Assembly (NCBI RefSeq): GCF_004010195.1
Contig: NC_057719.1
Location: 35,683,092-35,747,091 of the forward strand
Direction: 5' to 3'
Origin: Chiloscyllium plagiosum
Taxonomy: Eukaryota
Length of the DNA: 64,000 nucleotides
Position numbers and translations under genes: made by a program. This document shows, piece by piece, positions 53,036 through 64,000 of this stretch. Every line of letters starts with the position of its first letter. Position 1 is the stretch's first letter. The notes beneath the pieces are model-generated. The model was not told where the DNA came from. It ran no database searches and was given only the letters and a program-made list of their open reading frames with translations.

Positions 53036-54684
53036 GACTGTGCATTCAGTGTATACATTGATCAGATTACTGTTCAAACTCTGTTCATTACCCAGGTTTA
53101 ATTTGGAGCAAGAAATTAATCCTTCACAGGAAACACAAATTTTAAATATCAGACTTGATTTCTTGGGATATACATTTCAGATTTTGAGAGACATTCATTT
53201 TCATTATTGTCCTCTCAAGTCCTCTCTTATTTCAAATGAAAAATCCATTTCACATATTCCTGAATCCTTTCATTAGATCACCATACATTGTTCAGCTGTA
53301 ACGGGAAATTAAAGCCCATCAGGCTTTGGAAATGTCCAGTTCAACCAAATGAATCAATTCCTAAGCAATGGCACTAGTCTTAAATGACCGCGATGCATTT
53401 TCGCCATCTGAGGTTTGAATCCATTAGATTAATTGTTTCACCTTCAAACCTGACATACCAGTTGACCCAAACAAACTGAAAGAAATCAAGCAGTTACTTG
53501 AATTTTTAAAAATCATGGAAAGTTCCAAACCAACCTAGCCATCATCGGTGCCAATTATCTCCCAGCCTGAAATACATCAATCTACCAGCACTCTTTGATT
53601 CCCTGAATATTCCACTTCATATCCTTACTGTCTGCCAGTCCAGAATTGCAAGTTTCCATCTCTTTTGTAGCTCTTTGTCGAATGCTGTCCAAAAGCACAC
53701 ATAATAACTCAGTCAATTTAGGAATTCAAACCAGTTAGTTTGACATGATGTGTTTTTGATTAGCAGATGCTTTCCAAACAAAAGTCTATTTTAATGCAAA
53801 TTATGATTTCCAATAACTTCAACATCACCAATATTAGGATAAGTACAATGGAAATAAATTACTTTGAATTGGAAGATGAAAAAAAAGACAAGTAGGAGTA
53901 ATTTATAGCAGGGTAATTACAAAGAAATAAGGGCAGAGCTGGCTGGAGTGGACTGGGAAAGTGAATGAGGACTAATGACAGATTTTTAAGTCAATAGCTC
54001 ATTTCTCTTGCCAAAGACACATTTTAGAGAGGAAAAAAAACGTTTAGGAAGGGGATAAGCCAACCATGGTTAACCAGGGAAGTTAACATCACTATCAAAT
54101 TGAAAGAAAAAAAACGTGGAAAAGACTAGTGGTAAGCCAGAGGATTGTGAATATTTTTAAAAATCAACAAAAGACTATCAAAACAAAGGGAGAAAAAAGC
54201 TTGCAAATAATATCAGGACAAACAGCAAGAGTTTCTTTATTTATATAAAAGAATCCAAAGTGAACTTAGGCTCCTTAGAGAATGAGGCTGGTGAATCAGG
54301 AATAAACGCTTTGCATCAGTCTCCACAGTAGGAGACATTTATAGTATTCTCTGACTCTATAATCAAGGGGCAAAAGGAGGAGAAGTAGTAAATACAATAA
54401 TATCACTAGAGAAAAAGTGCTAGGGAAACTAAAGGAACTAATGGTCTATCAGTTTCTGGAGCTGATGGAATGCATCCTAGGACATTAAAAGAAAGCACCT
54501 AAAGGGATAGTGGATACACTGGTGGCAATCTTTCTTAAAACATGGCCAAAGGATTGTAAACCTGCTAATGTAACCCTTATTTAAAAACAAAAGGTGACAA
54601 AAAAAGCACTGACTGAAGGGCTGTAAACTAAAATATAATGGGTTAACAGCCTATGGAATCCCACAGCATGAATCAAGAACCAAA

Positions 54685-54797
54685 GAAACAAAACAGAAGT
54701 TGCTGGAAATGCTCAACAGGTTTGGCAGCATCTGTGAAGAGGAGTCAGAGTTAACGTTTTGGGTCCAGTGAACCATCCTCGGTTTTTTGGTTTTTTT
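54685..54797 (-). mobile_element. PLE family B pseudo-LTR remnant
   Basis: Homologous to the left arm of 3429-3670; TSD ATCAAGAACCAAA/ATCAAGTACCAAA. Confidence 0.72.
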
Positions 54798-56009
54798 ATC
54801 AAGTACCAAAAAGCCTGGCTCAAACTGCTTTTGCTAGACTAAAACTGTGGCATAAATAACTGTTGATTGGGTTAAAACAAATGATGCAATTGCAAACTGT
54901 TGTATATCAAGATGAAGCATTGATTGAGCTAAAAGGATCTTTGAGTTACATACTAACTGACAAGAAGAGGATGCAATAAGGATGACATTTGAGTAAAGGA
55001 TCTTGGAAAAGGGATCAGCGTGAACAGCTCCCAGCAGCTGAACTCATGATTAACACTAGAAGACTACAAGCAAAAAGACCTGGAAGAACCTGACCAAGCA
55101 TCCATGAATAAAAGTATCATGATCCCACATGAGTGTAATGATCTAAAACTGTAAATTGATTAAACTTTTCAATGAGTCAGACCTGACAAATCTACGAGAA
55201 TTCTTTAAGGTGGTACCAAAACAGGATAAAGTGGAGGTAGTAGATTTAACATTTTTGAAATTCTGTAAGATCTTTGATAAGGTACTACACATTAGGCTAC
55301 TTAAGATCCCATGATGTTGTAGGTAGTCTATTATCATGGAAAACAAAAAGTTAGCAAATAGAAGACAGGATAAGGGGACATTTTCAGGATGGCAACCTGC
55401 AACTAGTGGTGTGTCACAGGGATCAGTGCTGGGACCACAATTATTTACAATATATATTAATGACTTGGGTGAGTAAAGTGAATGCACTATAGCTAAGCTT
55501 TCGAATGACACAAAAATAGGTAGGAAGGCAAGTGGTGAAAATGACACAAAGGGTTTGCAGAGGAATACAGACAAGTTAAGTGAGTAGAAAAGAAAATTTG
55601 GTAAATACGTTTTCACATGATAATCTGAGGTTATGCACTTTGGCTGGAAAAGTGCAGGAATGGAATATTATTTAAATGGAGAAAAGTACAGAAAACTAAA
55701 GAACAGAGGAATTTGAGAGCCCTTGTCTATAATTACAAAAGACTAGCATCCAAGTCCAGTGGATAATACAGAAGGTAAATAGAATTCTGGACTTTATTTT
55801 GAAGAAATGGAGTATAAAAGTAAGGAGGTTTCACTAAAACTATACCAGATACTAGTTGGATCATGGCTGAAATATAGTGAACATTTTTAATCTCCTGATC
55901 GAAGAAAAAACTTATTGGCATTAGATGCAGTCTAGAGAAGGTTCACTAGGCTGATATCAGGTATGGAGGGACTGTCTTATGAAGAGAGATCAAGTAGGTA
56001 AAGCCTGTA

Positions 56010-56228
56010 TAGGCCGTTCTGCTTTAAGGCATGTTTTGCTAATGTGAATTCGCTATAACGCGATTGACGAATTGGGGACACTGTTTCTGTAGCACAAACT
56101 TTTAAAGCATGTGTTGGTTATAAGGCAATTCCAGCCCCATTAGTTTAAATTATGCTGCTAATATGCAATTTTTGTATAACACAGGATTGTATGAGAACAG
56201 AACTAACACGTTACAGCAGATCTGACTG
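56010..56228. mobile_element. Tigger/pogo-like MITE, same family as 43984-44200
   Basis: TA-flanked, degenerate TIRs, shared TTTAAAG..TGTGTTGG.TATAA and GCAATTTTTGTATA. Confidence 0.75.
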
Positions 56229-57149
56229 TACTCATGGCCATTTACAAGAGTAAGAGGCAACTTTACAGGGTAGCTGCAAAAAGGTTGGGGCAACTTTTTC
56301 CACGCAGAGGGTGGTACGTGTTTGGAATGAACTGCCAGAGGAAGTGGTGGAGGCTAGTACAATCGCAACATTTAAAAGGCATTTGGATGGGTATATGAAT
56401 AGGAAGGGTTTGGAGGAATATGGGCCGGGTGCTAGCAGGTGGGACGAGATTGGGTTGGGATATCTGGTCGACATGGACGGTTGGACTGAAATGGTCTGTT
56501 TTTGTGTTGTACATCTTTATGACTCTATGCTAAAGTCTCAATCCAGAAGGCATAAATTCAGAAAAAAAGGTTGCATATTTAAAACAGAGATGAGGAGGAA
56601 TTTGTTTCCTCAGAGGATAGCGAATCTGTGGAATTCTTACTGAATAGGCTGAGTCATTAAGTAAATTTAAAGCTGAGATACACAGATTTGTCATCAGCAA
56701 GGGTATCAAGCGTTATGGGAAAAGGCAGGAAAAGTGGAATAGAGATTTATCAGTTCAGTCATGATCTTACTGAATGGTGAAGTAACTCAAATGGACAGAA
56801 TGGCCTAATTCTGCTCCTATGTCTTATGGCTGATGAGCCTTTAGTTTTTTGATTTACCTTTCCTTTCTTGAATAAAGTCATATACATTAATAAGGTTTGA
56901 AAGACCTTTTTTTCCCCTCAGCAAGTTGCCACAAACAGGACTGCGATAATCATTAAATAATTTGTTGCTTTGAGGTGTAAATATTGGTCTAATTGTCTTT
57001 AGCAGCAACCAAATGTTCATCTGCACCCACTGTGGGAGAATCTATAAGGGCAAGGATAAACCTGACTAGCCACCAGCAGACCCGTAACTAATGATTTCAA
57101 GCTTCCTAAAATCTACGTCTGCAAAAGAAATTCCAAGAGATTAGTTAGT

Positions 57150-57368
57150 ACACTAGGGATAACACCTCTGCTCTTCTTTGAAACAGTGCCAAAGGATCTT
57201 TTAGATCGACCTGAGCAAATAGAGGTTTGGTTTAACTTTTCGTTCCAGCAGTGCTCCTTTGCAACTGCACTTGAATGGCAGACTCAACTTTTGTGCTCAG
57301 CCACTGGAGTGGGATTTGAACCCAGAACCTTGTGATTCAGAGGTGAGCACCTACCTACTGAGCTACAG
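57150..57368 (-). mobile_element. Deu-domain SINE (SacSINE1-like), 5' part
   Basis: tRNA-like head (GTAGCTCAGTAGG..GGTTCAAATCCC) followed by Deu-like AAAAGATCCTTTGGCACTGTTTCAAAGAAGAGCAG. Confidence 0.7.
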
Positions 57369-58469
57369 TTGCTGCAGATAGGGAAGCATGGCATTTCAGA
57401 AAAAGGAGTTGCTAGATTGTGGGTTGCAGCTTTCAATTGGGAGTTAACTCAGCATTGCCTATACCTTTCAACTCAAACACTACCCTATTACCTTCCCCAT
57501 ATCCTCACTCCCATTTCGATTTCTACCTCACTTCCTTTGAGTTACTTATTGAACATGTGTATGCTCTCTTCCAATTGACTGAGACTGAGATTTACGAGGG
57601 GACAGAAGAACCTGGTTCTTATCCAGACCTGGGCTTTAGCTCCATTTTAACCTGAACAGCAACATACAGAAATAACAAAGGAAAGGAGAAAATGAACTAA
57701 AACGAGAAAAAGAACAAACCACAGCATTAAGAGTCGATGGCGAGAAAAATGACCAAAGGTACAGATTATGAGCTCTGCAGTTCTGTTCCACAGTGTACAT
57801 GGGAACATGTCTTAGTATTGCAATCCACAGGCATGTGCCAACTAAACTACGTAAAAACACAGTTTTTGGCTGGTCCACATCAAAAACCACGGGGTTGCCT
57901 AACTGCCAGTTACTTACTGACATTGTCCTCCTTAGAGAATGCATAGCAAGAGTACTCAGAACCAGCTCAACCAAAGTGCATGTGGGTATTTGTTGAGTGT
58001 CCTGTTGAGAATGAGATGAAACCCCTTTACATTAAAGTAGACTGCTGAGTTAAATAAATAAAACTGCTACTCATCATCAGCAATTAGCAATAGTCTGCAG
58101 CTTGAACTCTGAATGCTGCAAAGCATCAGAGAAGAGGAAAACTACTTGGACATTTTGCTCCAGGAGGCAGTAACATCTCTTAGGTTAGATACTGCACGTT
58201 TGGTTTGTGGCCAGGGACAATTATTAGTGGGGCTAAGGGAATATAGTTCTAATTCCATATTATAGCTTAGATGGTAACCAGTATTTGTGACTTATTTTAA
58301 GAATATATATTATAACTGAAGGAAATTTTAATTTATTGAAGAAGCTCGGTGGAAGAAGCTCGGTGAAAGTAGCCTCTCTCAGGCTACCCAAAATTTCACA
58401 AAATATTTGCTGCATAGCTTAGTCAATGCCTTTAGTGTTATGAACTTCTTAGAGACCAGATAAGTGTTT

Positions 58470-58802
58470 TTGTTTAAAATCATGAGGGGCATGGATAGAG
58501 TGAACGGGCAAGATCGCTTCCCTGGGTAGGTGGGCATACATTTAAGGCGAGAGGGGAAAGATTTAAAAGGGACCCAAGGGCCAACATTTTCATGTAGAGG
58601 GAATGATCTGCCAGAGGATGTGGAGGAGACTGGTACAATTACAACATCTAAAAGGCATGTGGAAAGGTATATGAATAGGACGGGTTTACAGCAATATGGG
58701 CCAAATGATGGAAAATGGGACTAGATTTATTTAGGACATCTGATCAGCATGGAGTTGGACTGAAGCATCTGCTTCATCCTGTGCATGCTATGGGTCTATG
58801 AC
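58470..58802 (+). mobile_element. CR1 3' end
   Basis: KIMRGMDRV motif and a tail resembling 56290-56530. Confidence 0.75.
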
Positions 58803-60736
58803 TAAAACACTGATATTTACTAGAAGAATGAAGCCACAAGGTTCACAGTTTGAAAGAAAGAACTTCATTACATCAAAATCAAAGAACATGAATACTAATC
58901 ATTACACTAACTAGTCAGTTATGCTAAAGGCCTCAAAAGTACAAAGGACACACTTATATTTGAAACTAAACACAACTCAACTTTCCTTATGCCTCCATTT
59001 GATTCCCTCAAAACCGCACGATAACCATGCAGCTTGAGTTCTGTTTCAAAGGTTCATATAAGGTTTAAGGTTTTTTGAGCCCAGTATATACTTCTGACCA
59101 GGTGGTCCCTGCAAATCTCCTTCAATTGCCCCTCTCAACAAGTGTGTCACGAGCATCTTAAACATGGTCACTTCAGGTCAGAATTCTCCTAGTTCGAATA
59201 TTCATTAACTCCGAAGTCTTCATTTAAAATTCTATCTCCACAGCTTTGTTATCCCTGGAAGTCAAACCCACTGCTAGTACTCCAATTTCCAAGAATTTTA
59301 AGCTCTTCTATCATTAAATGGCAAAATGTACTTTAATACAGAGGCACAGAATCTGTTTTACCACTGCACGCAAGTACAGCATATCTCAAATGATTCAAGA
59401 TGTTCACAGTACAGAAGGCAACCATTCAGCCATCATGCCCATGCCAAACAATTAACTTCCCTCACTCCATTTAGAAAATCTTGGTCCGTAGCTCTGTAGA
59501 CTATGGCGAATCAAACAAATATCTATGGCTTTTCAAATATTTATCATTTTTGATCCAAAAATGCAAATCACATGCATAACAAGAAGGAAATATTTTTGAA
59601 AATACAAATTGTAAGTTTAATTCAAGGAAAGGTTTCACACAGGAAGATCACATTTTTGCCCTCTTATAAATGTAGTCCTGCTAAAAATGGCGATGTTAAT
59701 CTTTTAAATTATCTTCAATAGGGTTGACTATCTAATCTGGTTATCATCTGGTACAGCTGGTGAATATGTTTAATTGAGCATTCGCCTCTCTTAGCTATTG
59801 GAAATGACAATTGATAACCAAAAAAAGTTGTGTTCTTACTTAATCTACTTATAATAGCTTACTGAAATGTATTTTTGAATAGTTATTTTACATTTATTAT
59901 CCTCTGCTGCCATTAAAGATGGTTTCTCTCTGCTGCTCCACTGAGGCAATGTTATGAGGTCAGAAGCAATTGCTGTTTTTTGGACTGCAAGAAATGTCTC
60001 ATGCTTCTTAAAAAAAGCTAAAAGTTTTAGTTATCAAAAATATCTATGCTTGAAAACAAATAGAGGTCAGCATTGCGTTAAACTTAGAAAATAATTTGGG
60101 GGGAAACTGAACGTGGCTACTTAGTGCATTTTATTAGTTTGCGTGTTTCACAAGTGTTCCTTTTTCCCCTCAGGATAAACAGTCAGAGTAAACTGCAGTT
60201 TCCTTTACATCTCTTACAATTGAAAGATTTCGATTTGATAACTGGCTTTGTCAATTCTTCAACTCCAATTCAACTTGTGGTATTGATACACCAAGTTTTC
60301 TGGCAGTATTATATAAAATTCAAATTACATTTGCAATAGCTAACATGTTAAATTCAAAATGTCAGGTCATAACACATTAAACACTCCTGAAATAAGATTT
60401 TTAATGCCATGCTGAAATTAATATTTCAATCCAAAGTGTGAAAATTATAAATTGATAAACCCAGAAATTGAGCTTCCAACATTTTTAAGCGCAAAATTAA
60501 TGAGAAAAGTCTCAAACGCATTTTCTCACTAATATTAACTCCCCATTCTTACTCTCTACCAACACACTTTACTCACACCTTTCCTTTTGAGAAATCTTGC
60601 TATCTATTTTAAATTTCTAGCTAGCTTCCTCTCATACTCCAATGTCTTCCTTCTGATTAATCTTGTAGCCCTTCTCTGCAATTCTTCATATTCTGTCCAA
60701 CCATTTGACCTGCCATTCATCTTTGTGCAAGATATG

Positions 60737-62692
60737 CTTTTTCCTCAGGTTGGAAGCTTTTCTTAATTAATCACAGATGGTGGGTATTCCCTTTAGAATT
60801 TTTCTTCATAGCAGAGACATATTTATTCTGAAATGTCCCCTTAAATGTTGACCACAGTTTGTCTATTGACCTATTATCTTGCCTAACACTCTAGGTCACT
60901 TCACTAGTTCAGCTCTCATGCCCACACAATTGCATCTATTTAAATTTAAAATACTTATCTTAAATCCACTCTTTCCCCCTTCAAACTGGATGTAAAATTT
61001 AATCATATTGTAGTCTTTTATCTGGGCTGCCTTTAATCTGAAGTCATTGATCAATCCTGCAACATTACACAATCTCAAGTCAAACCTGCTCTTTGGCTGG
61101 GCCCAGGCTCCATTACGCGAGAAAACTCTAAATCATTGTATGAACACATCATATCTCATTTTTCTAGTTTGATATGTAGATGATATTTCTATACCTTAAT
61201 CATAAGCACCCTATATTCATTCTTGTATACTTTGTGTGTTCCATATACTGAATACTGCTGTGGTTCTGTTCGCTGAGCTGGAAGTTTTTGTTGCAAACGT
61301 TTCGTCCCCTGTCTAGGTGACATCCTCAGTGCTTGGGAGCCTCCGGTGAAGCGCTTCTGTGCTGTTTCCTCCGGCATTTATAGTGGCCTGTCCCTGCCGC
61401 TTCCGGTTGTCAGTTTCAGCTGTCCGCTGTAGTGGCCGGTATATTGGGTCTAGGTCTATGTGTTTGTTGATGGAGTTTGTGGATGAGTGCCATGCTTCTA
61501 GGAATTCCCTGGCTGTTCTTTGTTTCGCTTGCCCTATAATGGTAGTGTTGTCCCAGTCAAATTCATGTTGCTTGTCGTCTACGTGTGTGGCTACTAGGGA
61601 TAGCTGGTCGTGTCGTTTCGTGGCTAGTTAATGTTCGTGGATGCGGATCGTTAGCTGTCTTCCTGTTTGTCCTGGACAAACACATAGACCTAGACCCAAT
61701 ATACCGGCCACTACAGCAGACAGCTGAAACTGACAACCGGAAGCGGCAGGGGCAGGCCACTATAAATGCCGGAGGAAACAGCACAGAAGCGCTTCACAGG
61801 AGGCTCCCAAGCACGGAGGATGTCACCTAGACAGGGGACGAAACGTTTGCAACAAAAACTTCCAGCTCGGCGAACAGAACCACAGCAACGAGCACCCGAG
61901 CTACAAATCTTCTCACAAACTTTGAATACTGAATACTGTTAGGAGGCCTGAAGACTATTCCCCAACACACTTCTTTAGCTTATTAATCTTTATTTCCACC
62001 CAAACCATTCAGACACCCTGATGTCCTGAATCAAGAAAATCTATAACTATTGCACCAGCGTCATAATTAATTGTGCTACCCCTTCAACTTTACCTAGCTT
62101 GCTATTCTTCTCAAATGCCATATGACAGTCACACGTAGGACCAAACCATAACATTATGCAGTCACGGCTCCAGAAGTTCTCTCAGATCACATTTATTTAC
62201 TTTAATTTGCACTATCGATTCATTTACATTGTTATGAATGCTACGGGAATTTGATTGTGCCTTTTTGTTTCTTGCCAACATCTAGCCTCGACTGTCAGCG
62301 TATTCTTAGGTCTACATTCTATGCACTTTTTTGCCACCTCTGGCCTTCATTACCGAAATTACTATTTGTTTTCTTGCCTTGACTCTATTCTTTGATTTGC
62401 TATACCTACCCAAGTTTAATCCCTCATCCCCAGTGTTAAGCTTAAATCCCTCCCTACTTGCTTGATTGCGCAGTTTTCAGGAACACTAGTTCTACAACTG
62501 TTCAAACTGACCCAGTCCCCACTTCCTCCAGTATGGATGTCAGTACTTTTTCCTCAGGTTGGACGCTTTTCTTAATTTAATTAATCACGGATGATGGGTA
62601 TTCCCTTTAGAATTTTTCTTTATAGCAGAGACATACTTATTCTGAAATGTCCCCTTAAGTGTTGACCACAGTTTGTCTACTGACCTATTATC
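60737..62692 (+). repeat. ~145 bp dispersed direct duplication (60737-60878 and 62546-62692)
   Basis: Both copies run CTTTTTCCTCAGGTTGGA...TGACCTATTATC with only a few differences. Confidence 0.9.
61258..61925 (-). mobile_element. Young truncated Penelope-like element (family D): GIY-YIG C-terminal half with ~210 bp inverted pseudo-LTR
   Basis: Minus strand reads GQTGRQLTIRIHEH*LATKRHD...AREFLEAW. Exact 13 bp TSD ATACTGAATACTG. Hammerhead-like motifs at 61293-61332(-) and 61811-61850(+, core mutated to CGGAGGA). Confidence 0.9.
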
Positions 62693-63009
62693 CAGCCAAC
62701 TCCTCCCGTATAATCTTTGACCCTTGCATTCATTTCAGTAATCTTATGTGCCCTTTGCCAACTGATGTGGTTCAGGTAATGATTCAGCAATTAATATTTG
62801 AAGTTCTCGTCTTCAGTTTTGTACATTTCTCCTTATACTGTCTAAACAGGACCTCTTCATTAGACCTACACCCATACAGTTGGTATCTACATGGATCATG
62901 ATATCTGGATCCTCCCCACCCTTTCAAGTTCTTATCCCTCCCTGAGTAGATGTCCTGAAACCTGGCACTGGGTAGACAACATAGCCTTAACTTATATTCT
63001 TAGTGTGTA

Positions 63010-63810
63010 AATAGTGTGTAGGCCTATTTCTCTCTGGTCCTAGACTTCCCACAAAGGGAAATAGCCTCTCAGCATCTACAGAAACTCCCTACAGAGCAAG
63101 TGTCAACCTAGTGAACCTTCTCTGGACTGCAATTATATTTTTGCATACTTAAGGGCTCCAAAACTGCTCACAGTATTTTAGGTGTGGTCTAACAAGTGTC
63201 TTGTAAAGTTTTAGCAAAACTTCCCATTTTTATATTCAATTTCTTTTGCAATAAATGAAACATTTCATTTGCCTTCCCTACTAACGGAACTCGTATGCTA
63301 GCCTTTCATGATTATGCACAAGGACAGTCAAAATGTTTGTGCTTCAACTTTTCTCCCTTGAAGCAATATTTCATTCCTCTATTCGACCAGCCAAAGTGCA
63401 TAATGGCACATGATATTTCATCTGCCAAGTTTCTGATCACTCACTTAACCTGTCTATATCCCCAAGTAGGCTCACCACTTGTGTTTCCACCAGTTTTTGT
63501 GCCATCCACAAACATGTATATTCACTTCTGTTAGCCAAGTAATTTATGTATGTTGCAAATAAGCGTGGCCCCAGCACCAACCTCTGTAACATCTTGGTAT
63601 ACCATGGTTAGCTTATCTGCTTCCTAATGACAGGTTGCCATTGTGAAAATACTCCATTTATCTCAACTCTTATTGACTAGCCAATTGTCTATCCATGTCA
63701 ATACACTATTTCTGACAGGGTGGTCTATTAATTTTAATCAATTGGCCTTCCAAATATTACACCTACTAGGTCCCTTTTATTATCCAGCTTGTTAATTAAA
63801 AGAATTCTAA
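63010..63810 (-). mobile_element. Decayed CR1 RT/3' fragment
   Basis: Reverse complement of LVRPHLKYCEQFW near 63160-63205. Confidence 0.7.
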
Positions 63811-63812
63811 TA

Positions 63813-64000
63813 CAGGGGAACCTCGATTATCCGAAAATTGGATTATCCGAAGAGGATCTCGAAGTCCCAATAGAAACATTACATCAAAGACGTGTTTCCA
63901 GCAGTGAGCGCGTCTTTTATTTATAGTGATGAAACAGGCACCGTCTCCAAATGGCTGACATCCCACCCTCTCTCTCCCCACACTTTCCCTGGAGTTCTAC
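63813..64000. mobile_element. Left end of a Tigger/pogo-like DNA element
   Basis: TA|CAGGGGAACCTCGATTATCCGAA with a repeated GATTATCCGAA sub-motif; runs off the window. Confidence 0.65.

Larger units (their letters stand above)
53930..56830 (+). mobile_element. Old fragmented CR1 with nested inserts
   Basis: Degenerate PWLTREV and [12 protein letters not shown] motifs, tail ATGTCTTATG. Nested PLE remnant (54685-54797), MITE and a CR1 tail (56290-56530). Confidence 0.78.

Noticed and set aside
52831..64000. Upstream alternative PPP2R5C exons of the long N-terminal isoform
   Set aside because: No matching peptide recognised; they probably lie beyond the window.

Overview
Eukaryotic, repeat-rich DNA, almost certainly from a shark or ray: it contains HE1-type V-SINEs, HER1/CR1 LINEs and Deu-domain SINEs. 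The only host gene is PPP2R5C (PP2A regulatory subunit B56-gamma) on the minus strand. Its first four coding exons are 52830-52737, 22840-22641, 15814-15704 and 7282-7190 (94+200+111+93 nt = 166 codons, all GT-AG, phases consistent), and the gene continues beyond position 1. A CCAAT/CRE-like promoter and a short uORF precede exon 1. The introns and upstream region are filled with CR1-group LINEs, SINEs, Tigger-like MITEs, a solo LTR, a rearranged Gypsy element and a Rex1 fragment. Most striking are at least 13 Penelope-like element (PLE) remnants from about four families. Many are short palindromes with 10-19 bp target-site duplications (TSDs), and many carry minimal hammerhead-ribozyme motifs (CUGANGA-stem II-GAAA-palindromic stem III), several in the sense orientation of the PPP2R5C pre-mRNA. 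Three candidate cassette exons were also seen. Repeat family names come from motif recognition, not database searches; boundaries of decayed repeats are approximate.
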